DNA of 48,729 nt from Chiloscyllium plagiosum (taxonomy: Eukaryota), in contig NC_057718.1 of the NCBI RefSeq assembly GCF_004010195.1, forward strand, positions 65,369,815 through 65,418,543, read 5' to 3'. This document shows positions 10,413 to 21,077 of this stretch, in pieces. Both the position numbers and the translations under genes were made by a program. The stretch's first letter is position 1; each line of letters starts with the position of its first letter. Below the pieces are notes generated by a model. The model made no database searches. It worked only from the letters and a program-made list of their open reading frames with translations, and was not told the DNA's origin.

Positions 10413-12391
10413 AACCCTACTGTAAATGACAGTTCAAAAACAAGTGGGAAGACAGTAGAATTATAATGTGAAATAATGCTTCAGCTGCTAGAGGTAAAGG
10501 GAAAGCTAACCAAGAGTGTGACATACCAAATTTGTGAAGGAAGCAATAAAGCAGAAGTGCAAGCTTGTCAACAAAGTTTAATACCGTGATATAAAGAAAA
10601 GGACTTGCATAAGTTCAAAGTTGGCTGAGTGACATAGAACATAGAACATTACAGCACAGTACAGGCCTTGCAGCCCTCGATGTTGTGCCGACCTATAAAA
10701 CCAATCTAAAGTCCATCTAACATACACAATTCCATTATTATCCATATGTCTATCCAATGACCATTTAAATGCCCTTAATGTTGGTGAGTCCACTACTGTT
10801 GTAGGCAGGGCATTCCACATCCATACTACACTCTTGAATAAAGAACCTACCTCTAATATCACCCCTCAATTTAAAGCTATGTCCCCTCGTGTTAGTCATC
10901 ACCATCCAAGGAAAAAGGCTCTCACTGTCTCCCTCACCTAATCCTCCGATCATCTTGTATGCACCAATTAAGTCACCTCTCAACCTTCTTCTCTCTAATG
11001 AAAACAGCCTCAAGTCCCGCAGCCTTTCCTGATATGACCTTCTCTCCATACCAGGCAACATCCCTGTAAATCTCCTCTGAACCTTTTCCAATACTTCCAC
11101 TGTTCTATAATGCGGCGACCAGAACTGTATGCAATACTCCAAGTGTGCTGCACCAGAGTTTTGTAACATGTAACATGAGGTCATGCTGTAACATGACCTC
11201 ATGGCTCTGAAACTCAATATCTCTACTAATAAAAGTGAACACACTGTACAGCTTCTTAACAACCCTATCAAGCTGGGTGGCAACTTTCAGGGATCTCTGT
11301 ACATAGACACCAAGATCTCTCTGCTCATCCACACTACCAAAAATCTTACCATTAGCCCAGTACTCTGCATCCCTGTTACTCCTTCCAAAGTGAATCACCT
11401 CACTTTGGAATTAAACTCCATTTGCCACCTCTCAGCCCAGCTCTGCAGCTTATCTATGTCCCTCTGTCACCTGTAACATCCTTGGGCACTATCCACAACT
11501 ATACCGGCTTTAGTGTCATCTGCAAATTTACTAACCCATCTTTCTACGCCCTCATACAGATCATTTCTAAAAATGACAAACAGTAGTTGAATCCAAGACA
11601 GATCCTTGCAGTACACCACTAGCAACTGAACTACAGGATGAACATGTCCCATCAACCACCATACTCTGTCTTCTTCCAGCTCATCAATTTCTGACCCAAA
11701 TGCAAAATCACCCTCAATTACATGTCTCTGTATTTTCTGCAATAGTCTACTGTAAGGAATCTTATCAAATGCTTTACTGAAATCCATATACACCACGTAA
11801 ACTGCTTTACCCTCATCCACCTGTTTGGTCACCTTCTCAAAGAACTTAATAAGGTTTAAGAGGCACAACCTGCTCTTCACAAAACCATGTTGACTATCCC
11901 TAATCAAATTATTCCATTCTATATGATTTTAAATCCTCTCTCTTTAATCCTTTCCAAATCTTTGCCCAGAACTGAAGTAAGGCTCACTGGTCCATAATTT
12001 CCAGGGTTGTCTCTACTCCCCTTCTTGAACAAAGGGACATCATTTGCTATCCTCCATCTTCTGGCACTATTGCTGTAGACAATGATGACATAAAGATTAA
12101 AGCCAAAGGCTCTGTAATCTCCTCTTTAGCTTCCCAAAGAATCCTATGATAAATCCCATCTGACCCAAGGGATTTAGCAATTCTGGAAAGGTTGAAAATA
12201 GATAACACCACCTCCATATGAACCTCAATTCTGTCTAATCTAATAACCTGTATTTCAGTATTCTCCTCGACAAAATTGTCTTTTTCCTGTGTGAATACTG
12301 ATGAAAAATATTCATTTAGCACTTCTCCTATCTCTTCAAACTCTACGCACGACTTCCCACTACTGTGGCTGATTGGCCCTAATCTTACCCT

Positions 12392-12604
12392 CAAGATTAG
12401 CGTGGTGTTGTAAAAGCACAGCAGATCAGGCAGTATCTGAGGAGCAGGAAAATCAATGTTTCAGGCAAAAGTCCTTCATCAGGAATGGGCTTTTGCCCAA
12501 AACATCAATTTTCTTGCTCCTTGGATGCTGCCTGACCTGCTGTGCTTTTCCAGCACCACTCTAATCTTGATTCTAATCTCCAGCATCTGCAGTACTCATT
12601 TTTG
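12392..12604. mobile_element. Palindromic Penelope-like terminal element inserted in CR1
   Basis: Inverted arms around 12480. TSD cctaatcttacc (12378-12389, 12605-12616). Degenerate hammerhead on the minus strand at about 12450-12483. Confidence 0.85.
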
Positions 12605-13187
12605 CCTAATCTTACCTTAGTCATTCTTTTATTCCTGACATACCTGTAGAAAGCTTTAGGGTTTTCCTTGATCTTACCTGCCAAAGACTTCTCATGTACC
12701 CTCCTGGCTCTTCCTAGCTCTCTCATTAGGTCTTTCCTGGCTAACTTGTAACCCTTAAGTGCCCTAATTAAGCCTTCACATCTTATCTTTACATAAGCCT
12801 CCTCCTTCCTCTTGACAAGAGATTCAACTTCTTTAGTAAACTACGGTTCCCTCACTGGACCACTTCCTCCCTGTCTGACAGGTATATACTTACCAAGGAC
12901 ACGCAGTAGCTGTTCCTTGAACAAGGTCCACATTTCAATTGTGCCCATCCCCTGCAGTTTCCTTCCCCATCCTATGCATCCTAAATCTTGCCTAATTGCA
13001 CCATAATTGCCTTTCCCCCAGCTATAACTTTTGCCCTGCAGTATATACCTTGCCCTTTCCATCACTAAAGTAAATGCAACCAAATTGTGCTCATGATCAA
13101 AGTGCTTTCCTACCTCCAAATCTAACACCTGGCCAGGTTCATTACTCTGTACTAAATCTAATGCAGCCTCATCTCTTGTTGGCCTAT

Positions 13188-13243
13188 TTCCACCTCCTGA
13201 TGCTGCTTGGCTTGCTGTGTTCTTCAAGCTTCCTGCCTGTCTA
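13188..13243 (+). mobile_element. Tiny PLE-terminus fragment inserted in CR1
   Basis: cctgatgctgcttggcttgctgtgttcttc interrupts the CR1 sequence ggcctat|caacatac. Confidence 0.6.
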
Positions 13244-13889
13244 TCAACATACTGTGTCAGGAAACCCTTCTGCAAGCTTTGGAAAAGTACTGACCCATCT
13301 AAAGTACTCAAATCATAGCATTTCCAGTCAATATTTGAAAAGTTAAAGTCCCATAACAACTACCCTGTTACTTTCACTCCAATCCAGAATCATCTTTGTA
13401 ATCCTTTCCTCTTCATCTCTGAAACTTTTCAGAGGCCTATAGAAATCTCCCAACAGGGTAACCTCTCCTTTCCTGTTTCTAAACTCAGTCCATACTACCT
13501 TAATAGATGAGTCCTCATCAAACATCCTTTCTGCCACCGTAATACTGTCCTTGACTAACAATGCCACACCTCCCCCTCTTTTACTACCTTCCCTGTTCTT
13601 ACTGAAACATCTAAACATCGGAACCTGCAACAACCATTCCTGTCCCTGCTGTACCTCTGTCTCCGAAATGCCACAACGTTGAAATCACAGGTACCAACAC
13701 ATGCTGGAAGTTCATCCATTTTATTCCAGATGCTCCTTGCATTGAAGTAGACACACTTCAAACCATCTTCCTGCCTGCCGGTACACTCCTGCCGGTACCT
13801 CACCACTCTTAATCCCCTGTACACTGGAGCTACAATTCAGGTTCCCATCCCATTGCTGAATTAATTTAAACCCTCCCCTGTCTTTGACA

Positions 13890-15050
13890 TGGGACAAAGT
13901 CTTAATGGTCATTTACAGAAGGGATGATGATGTACAGAGGAACCTCTATTATCCAAACAAGATGGGCGGGTACTATTTCATTCGGATAATTGATTATTTG
14001 GTTAATGGATTCAATGCCTTTCCTTTGGGGCTTGGAGTTTTCTGTTAAGTCCGCTCTCCACTCAGGAGATGATGCATCAGCACACCGCGTGTGAGACCCT
14101 GCCACCCTGCCTCCCTGTCTGCCCCCTCCTGCCCCCAACCCCACCCAACACCACCACCCCTTCACCCCACCCCAGCACTCCCCAACCCCGTCCAACACTG
14201 CCACCCATCTGCCCTGTCCCCACCCCACACCCCATGCCCAACCCTGACCAACACCATCTCCTTTCCCCTCACTCTTCCCTGCCCCCAACCCCATCCAGCC
14301 CTGCCCCCCCAACCACCCCCTGTACATGCTCCCATCCACATCCGCCCCTCTCCAGGGCAGCTGGACTGGACACCAACAACAAGACTGCTGCTGCTGCCTT
14401 GGAGGGTGAGTCTCCAAATAGCGCACACACACACACCAACAACAGTTTACTGCCACCTTTTGACAGGTTCCACCTTTGCCCTTTACAGGACAATGTTAGA
14501 GAGATTATCTGGGGAAGGGGGGTTTGGGGTACACGCCCATGTAGAACTCCAGGGAATGTGTGTAGGGAGAGAGAGAGAGAGAGGGCGGGAGGTCAGTCAC
14601 TTGGAGACGGTGCCTGGGCTCCCATCAGTCCAGGACTGTTTTCGGCAGCAATTCAGTAAGCCGAGTTCACATTTAATCACTGTAAAGAAAATACACGATC
14701 ACTGTTGGAAACACATCTTTGAAGTAATGTTTCCTTCGGGACCTCGAGATCTCCTTCGGATAATCCAATATTCGGATAATTGATATTCGGATAATCGAGG
14801 TTCCTCTGTACTGTGGGGTTCCCTGAGGCTCATTGTGGGAGTACAGCTTCTACATAAATGAATCTATATCAATGGTCCATATTTGGTGTACACAGTAACA
14901 CTTGCAAAATTTGTGGATGACACAAAACTTGGAAATATACGAACTGGAAGGAGGATGTATAAATAGGCTGATGGAATGTGTGGACACATGGCAAATTAAG
15001 GTCAATGAAGAGAACTGCACAGTAACATATACTGGAAAGAAAAACAAGCC
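13890..15050 (+). mobile_element. Old CR1 RT fragment split by a DNA transposon
   Basis: gtggggttccctgaggctcattgtggga (degraded GVPQGSVLG) directly after 14810; gatgacacaaaactt (DDTKL). Confidence 0.6.
13935..14808. mobile_element. Non-autonomous Tc1/mariner (pogo/Tigger-like) DNA transposon
   Basis: TIRs CAGAGGAACCTCtATTATCC / GGATAATcGAGGTTCCTCTG; TA TSD on both sides; repeated subterminal TTCGGATAAT; C-rich interior. Confidence 0.9.
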
Positions 15051-15056
15051 AGGCAA

Positions 15057-15400
15057 GTGGGTAGCACAGTGGTTCAGTGGTTAGCATTGCTGACTCACAG
15101 TACCAGGGACTCAGGTTCAATTCCAGCAATTGACTGGGTGGAGTTTATGTATTTTCCCTACGGCTGCATGGGTCTCGTCTGGGTGCTCTGGTTTCTTCCA
15201 CAATCCAAAGATGTGCAGGTTAGGTGGATTGGCCATGATAAATTTCCCATAGTGTCTGGATATGTGCAGGCTAGCTGGATTAGCCATGGAAAATGCAGTA
15301 TTACATGGATAAGATAGGGTGTGGGATACTCCTCTTCAAAGGGTTGGTGTGGAATTGATGGGCTGAATGGCATGCTTCTACATTGTAGCAACTCTATGAA
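15057..15400 (+). mobile_element. HE1-type (V-SINE) SINE, older copy
   Basis: Head GGTAGCACAGTGGTTCAGTGGTTAGC..GGTTCAATTCC, V-core, tail ctctatga. Confidence 0.9.
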
Positions 15401-15439
15401 TTGAAACCTTAATGGGAAGATTGGAAAATTTTCTTTAAA

Positions 15440-15765
15440 AATTGTTCATTGATGATTTGGCAAGCATTTATTGCCATCAACAATTGACTAAAGGTTAGTT
15501 AAGAGTCAACTATAGTGCTGTGTGGCTTGAGTCATATGTAGTCCAAGCAAGGTAAGGACAGCAAGATTTCCTTCCCTAAAAGATAATATTGAACCAGATG
15601 TGTTTTTATGACAATCAACAGTGATTACATAGTCAACTTAGGACTATCTTTTTGACTGCAGATATTTACTAAATGCAAACTTCACCAACTGCCATGATGA
15701 GATTTAAACCAACATCCTTAGTCTGGGGCTCGGGATTACTAGTCCAGTAATATTATCACTCGTCC
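15440..15765 (-). mobile_element. tRNA-derived SINE with CR1-like tail (second shark family)
   Basis: gatttccttccctaaa..gaaccagatg..ggattactagtccagt; related fragment at 38965-39160. Confidence 0.7.
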
Positions 15766-16557
15766 GTTCCCTTCCCTTGATATCAAGAGTAAAATTTGTT
15801 TCAAATACACTATATTTTCTGACATTTCTCACCGTTGTTCACACTGCTCATGGGAAAATTCTATCTAGTGTACGGAATTAACACATCCTCACAAATAACT
15901 TTTGCAATAAAGCAACTACCCATTTCAGATGGGTTCTTCTACCATCCTAAACTCACCCCCTGAAATGGTACTGGGGGGCTTCGTCAGCAACTGATATTCA
16001 GGCAGCACATGCAAGTAACAGGCAGAAAGTCTCAGCTAAAATATTTCCAGCCCATGCATATGAATTGAACTCATGTCTGCTTTGAGAAAAGTTAGCTGCA
16101 ATGTTTTCTTACACCACACCAATGAGCACTCTTCAAATGTGCTTTGTCTGTGAAAAGCTATTTTGGAACACTTTCAGTTTATGAAATGCACACATAAATG
16201 TAACCTCATCTTCTAATTTGTCAACTGTGAAACAAATTCCTAGTAAAAGCAGCTTTCATTATTTAAAGCTTCCTATTTTAATACTGAGATAGCTACAGTT
16301 CCACTATCTTGGAGATGGAGCTAAGAAGATTAAATTTGAGTAAGTATAAGTATATTTAATAAGTAAGCCTAGTAAGCACAAGAAATTTGATGAACATTAT
16401 GTATCAAAATTGGAGTGATGGACAAAGAACAGTAGAAAAGTCCTCAGTGTCACATTGACAGGAAGTTTACTCCAGATTTTCACCTTCACTTAGTTTAGCA
16501 CCAGCAGAGGAGTAAATGCTTATAAATATGGGATTTTCTTTTCAAGAGGCTACATAC

Positions 16558-16668
16558 GTAATGGAGTCTGCCAACGACCCTGGAAATAATTTGGAGGAAG
16601 CCACAAAGGCTGCTGAATGCCAAAGCAAGCTTTTTGAAATACCCACCTTGTTTCTCTGGAAGGTTTAC
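16558..16668 (-). pseudogene. Candidate exon of decayed host gene (phase 0 to 0, open)
   Basis: ctag|VNLPEKQGGYFKKLALAFSSLCGFLQIISRVVGRLHY|gtatgt; 111 nt. Confidence 0.6.
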
Positions 16669-17423
16669 CTAGTTTTTTTAAGAAAATGTATTATTAGGTC
16701 TTGGATCCCTTAACTATATTTCCCTTCATTAAATTCCAATGCTTTGTGAAAACCCAAACCAACTTAACAACACACTCCATGCCGCATCCAAGCCAATTTT
16801 TTCCAATCTGTATTTTCCCACCTACCCACAATGCCCTCTCATACACTTTATACCGACCTAAGCTCCGCACCCACATTCATATCCTCTGATGACTCCAAAT
16901 ACTGTAAATTTATATCACATAGTCACCGTCCTATGCTCTTACACTTTCCATGCTAAATTACCCAGCATCCACACTGGCAAATCTCAGAAATTATGTAATT
17001 AAATACAGTTCTAAGTATCTATTTTAAGCTTCACTTTATTAAAACAACACTCTCGAATGATTTAATGCATTTAAATCCTCCATCTACTTATGAGCCAATA
17101 AAAGTAATTATTTGTCATAGCTCCACATCAAAGATAGCTAATCTTTTAATAACCCCTTGGAGTTGTCAAATAAAGTCTGAATTTACCGACCCCTTTATCA
17201 TAATGACAGGTGGCAAACCAGTCAAGGAGTACTAATACTATAATGAAAGCCCCTAGGCCTTTGTCAACAAATAGCTTTTGAATTTTTGAGTACCATTCAT
17301 TTTTTTTTTAGATATAGATATAGCAGGTTTTGTGTTTTCCAAAGTTTAAAGAGTTGGCCACTTAAATAACTTAATTGATAGATTTATATCTTTAATACCT
17401 TATTGACCTTCACAAGCACAAAC

Positions 17424-17643
17424 CATCACCATGAAGTCAGGGAAACTATATTGCAGGTTGAGTCCGTCTCTGAAAAGAAAATTCGATCAACTTGTCTTGT
17501 GCATTGAAATTAACATTCAGAATTCCCTCATGCACTTCACGATCCCTCAGTGGTTTATTTCCTGGCAAAACTGGAAAATGACACAATGTCGAGATTCGGG
17601 TCTCATCTTCTATTTTTAATGACTCCCTACATTCTTGCAAACT
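17424..17643 (-). pseudogene. Candidate exon of decayed host gene (phase 0 to 0, +1 frameshift)
   Basis: tttttcacag|SLQECRESLKIEDETRISTLCHFPVLPGNKPLRDREVHEGILNVNFNAQDKLIEFSF/fs/RDGLNLQYSFPDFMVM|gtttgt; 220 nt (3n+1). Confidence 0.6.
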
Positions 17644-17712
17644 CTGTGAAAAACCAGTCCTTTGCAGCATTCCCAAAATGTTTAACATATTAATAGTTAT
17701 ATTTCAACTTAC

Positions 17713-17814
17713 AGAATTTAATTCCTCTGTAATTCTCTTCTGAATTAATGGCATATACAATGCCATTGCCAGTCTTGCTGTTTGTTCACTCAGAATGTCG
17801 ATCTTTAATTTCCA
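17713..17814 (-). pseudogene. Candidate exon of decayed host gene (phase 0 to 0, open)
   Basis: ttacag|WKLKIDILSEQTARLAMALYMPLIQKRITEELNS|gtaagt; 102 nt, followed by a 69-nt intron. Confidence 0.65.
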
Positions 17815-17881
17815 CTGTAATTTTTATTAAAAATGTATACTTTGATTCCATTATAGTATTATTTGATAGCTTCTATGCTTA

Positions 17882-19965
17882 ATAAGATCATAAGACCATA
17901 AGATTTAGGAGCAGAATTAGGCCATTCTGCCCATTGAGTCTGCTCTGCCATTTGACCATGGCTGATCTGTTTCTCAAACCCATTCTCTTGCCTTCTCCCC
18001 ATAATTCGTGATCCTCTTACAAATCAAGAATCTATCTAAAAACTCTTATGATCTTTTATATTACTAGCTAGCCGACCCTCATATTTCATGTTCTCCCCTT
18101 ATTAATTTTGAGTTATTCTTTGTTGGATTTTAACAGCTTCCCAATCCTCTAACTTGCCACTAATTTACCACACTGCAAGACTATACGACACAAGGCATAG
18201 GAGCAGAAATTGGGCCATTTGACACATCGAGTCTGCTCTGCTATTCAATCATGGCCAATAGGTTTTTCAATCCCATTTTCCTGCTTTCTCCCCATAATCT
18301 TTGATCCCCTTAGCAATCAAGAACTTGTCTATCTTCGTTTTACATATACCCAATGACCTGGCCTTCTGTGGCATTGAATTCCACAGATTCACCACTAGCT
18401 GGCTGAAGATGTTTCTCCTTATCTCCACTCTAAAAGGTCTTCCCTTCCTCATATCTCCTGCCAATGGAAATATCTTCCCAATGTCCACTCTGTCCAGGCC
18501 ACTCAGTATTCTGTAAGTTTCAACCAGATCCCCCCCCNNNNNNNNNNNNNNNNNNNNNNNNNNNNNNNNNNNNNNNNNNNNNNNNNNNNNNNNNNNNNNN
18601 NNNNNNNNNNNNNNNNNNNNNNNNNNNNNNNNNNNNNNNNNNNNNNNNNNNNNNNNNNNNNNNNNNNNNNNNNNNNNNNNNNNNNNNNNNNNNNNNNNNN
18701 NNNNNNNNNNNNNNNNNNNNNNNNNNNNNNNNNNNNNNNNNNNNNNNNNNNNNNNNNNNNNNNNNNNNNNNNNNNNNNNNNNNNNNNNNNNNNNNNNNNN
18801 NNNNNNNNNNNNNNNNNNNNNNNNNNNNNNNNNNNNNNNNNNNNNNNNNNNNNNNNNNNNNNNNNNNNNNNNNNNNNNNNNNNNNNNNNNNNNNNNNNNN
18901 NNNNNNNNNNNNNNNNNNNNAGTCTCAACCAGATCCCCCCCCTCATCTTTCTAAAACTGTATGTTTTCTCTTTTGCTTTTATGTTGTCCCTGGTTTCCCT
19001 TGTCAGCCACAGTTACCTCACACTCCCCTCAATATGATTCTTCTTCCTAGGGATGAATTTCTGCTGTGCCTCCTGAATTGCCCCCAGAAACTCTTCCCTG
19101 CTAGGCTCCCCTTCCAATTAACTCCAACCAACTTCTCCCTCATGCCTTTGTAGTTGCCTTTACTCAATTGTAATACTGTTACATCTGATTTCAATTTCTT
19201 CCTGTCAAACTGCAGGGTGAATTTGATCATATTATGGCTACTGCCCTCTAGGGGTACCTTCACTTTAAGTTCCCTAATCAAACCTGCTTCATTACACATC
19301 ACCAAATCCAGAATTGCCTGCTTCCTAGAGGGGACTACCACAAGCTGCTCCAAAAAGCCATTTTGTAGACATTCCTTGAATCCCTTTTCTTGATGTCTGC
19401 TGCAACCTGACTCTCCCAGTCACTGCATATTGAAGTCTTCTATGATTATTGTGTTTGTACCTTTCTTACATGCTTTTTCTATCCCCTCTTTTGATTTCTT
19501 CCCTACATCCTGACTACTGCTAAGAGGCCTAGCCATAATTCCTGTCATGATCTTATTTCTTTTGTGATTCCTCAGTTCTACTCACACAGAGTAGAACTGA
19601 GGAATGCCTGCTGACACTACATGAATTCTTGCTAGTAATTTAATTTCCTTTCTTACTGACAAGGCAACCTCACTCCCTGACCATCTGCCTGTCCTTTTGA
19701 TAAGATGTGCATCCTTGGGTATTTAATTCTCAGCCTGATCCCCTTACAGCCACGTCTCTGTGATGCCGACAATATCGTGCCTACCAATTTTAATCTGCTG
19801 TGTTGTACATTTAAGTCATATCTCAGTCATATCTTAACTGCCCCATTCTCATCGTTGCCCCTTTACCTACCATACCTAATGTTAGATTCTTGACCCTTTC
19901 CACACACTTTGTCCTATTATTTGTGCTGGAAACTTTAGTAACCTCTGCTAAGCTCCCCCCCCCCT
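17882..19965 (-). mobile_element. Mosaic of CR1 LINE pieces (two 3' tails plus APE/linker region) spanning an N-gap
   Basis: Tails ataagatcataagaccataag (17882) and about 18180. Minus ORF EQLVVVPSRKQAILDLVMCNE..GSSHNMIKF. Confidence 0.9.
18538..18920. other. Assembly gap (N run)
   Basis: Run of n. Confidence 1.
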
Positions 19966-20066
19966 TTAAATATCTCAGGGATTCACGGCCTTGTTGCAAA
20001 AGGGCTGCATCAGAGGAGGAGCACTCAGAGTTTCAAGTATAAAACTAACTTACCTTGGGGATTCAC

Positions 20067-20219
20067 CTCCCCCAAGTCCCTCCTCCCTACCGTTTATCTT
20101 TGCCTGCTTGGCACACTTTCCTCATTCCTGAAGAAGGGCTCATGCCCAAAACATCAATTCTCCTGCTCCTTGGATGCTGCCTGACCTGCTGCGCTTTTCC
20201 AGCAACACATTTTCAGCTC
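20067..20219 (+). mobile_element. PLE 3'-terminal fragment with degenerate hammerhead
   Basis: ctgaaga-agggc-tcat-gccc-aaaa-catc at 20128-20155; flanked by gggattcac direct repeats. Confidence 0.75.
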
Positions 20220-20644
20220 AGGGATTCACAGCCTTGTTTCCAGCCTTGGTACATTGGGGAAACCGAGCAAAGGCTACAACAACGGATGAATAGGCACCGC
20301 ACACAATCAACAGACAGGAGGGTTCCCTCCCAGTTGGGGAACACTTCAGTGGTCCCCAGGACAGTCAGCCTTGGACCTTTGGGTGACCATCCTCCAAGGT
20401 GGACTTCAGGACAGGCAGCAGAGAAAAGTGGCTGAGCAGAGGCTGATAGCTAAGTTCGGTACCCATAGGGAGGGCCTCAACTGGGACCTTGGGTTCAAGT
20501 CACATTACAGGTGACCACCATTGCACTATACACACTCACAGATACTCCTACACACACACACTCTCACACACACACATACAGGCACTCCTATACACACATA
20601 CACACGGACACACATACACACAGATGCGCACACAGACACCCACA

Positions 20645-20897
20645 NNNNNNNNNNNNNNNNNNNNNNNNNNNNNNNNNNNNNNNNNNNNNNNNNNNNNNNN
20701 NNNNNNNNNNNNNNNNNNNNNNNNNNNNNNNNNNNNNNNNNNNNNNNNNNNNNNNNNNNNNNNNNNNNNNNNNNNNNNNNNNNNNNNNNNNNNNNNNNNN
20801 NNNNNNNNNNNNNNNNNNNNNNNNNNNNNNNNNNNNNNNNNNNNNNNNNNNNNNNNNNNNNNNNNNNNNNNNNNNNNNNNNNNNNNNNNNNNNNNNN
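20645..20897. other. Assembly gap within CA-rich low-complexity sequence
   Basis: Run of n flanked by (CA)n. Confidence 1.
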
Positions 20898-21040
20898 ACA
20901 CATGAAAGAAGTAAAACTATCATGGTATTCAAACAGATGAAAGGTTTAACAGATAATTAATTTTTCAATGTATAATTTCAGTTACATCACACTGTAAATT
21001 CTTGCTATAAATTCTGTGTTAGGATTGAGCCCTCCACTAT

Positions 21041-21077
21041 CACCTGATGAAGGAGCATCGCTCCGAAAGCTAATGTG
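21041..21077 (+). ncRNA. Minimal type-I hammerhead ribozyme motif in PLE pLTR
   Basis: cac-CTGATGA-a-GGAGC-atc-GCTCC-GAAA-gc-TA. Catalytic core and stem II intact, palindromic AGCT stem III, one stem I mismatch. Confidence 0.75.

Larger units (their letters stand above)
10632..13880 (-). mobile_element. CR1 (HER1-like) LINE, nearly complete but disrupted ORF2
   Basis: APE motifs LKCVYFNARSI and GDFYRP; RT motifs SQHGFVK, YMDFSKAFDK, FADDTK. Tail (acataga)n at 10632. Two PLE insertions inside. Confidence 0.95.

Noticed and set aside
13902..14783. Long Pro/Gly-rich ORFs (184-230 aa) on both strands
   Set aside because: Products of stop-poor low-complexity sequence inside a TIR-bounded MITE.
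14750..14800. Short regularly spaced repeats as a CRISPR-like array
   Set aside because: 10-bp units with about 5-bp spacers at a transposon end in a eukaryote; no cas genes.
15785..16053. Possible Harbinger-type MITE (..aaaatatttccagccc end)
   Set aside because: Left TIR not convincingly matched.
18464..20960. ORFs containing long X runs
   Set aside because: Artefacts of N-gaps and (CA)n sequence.
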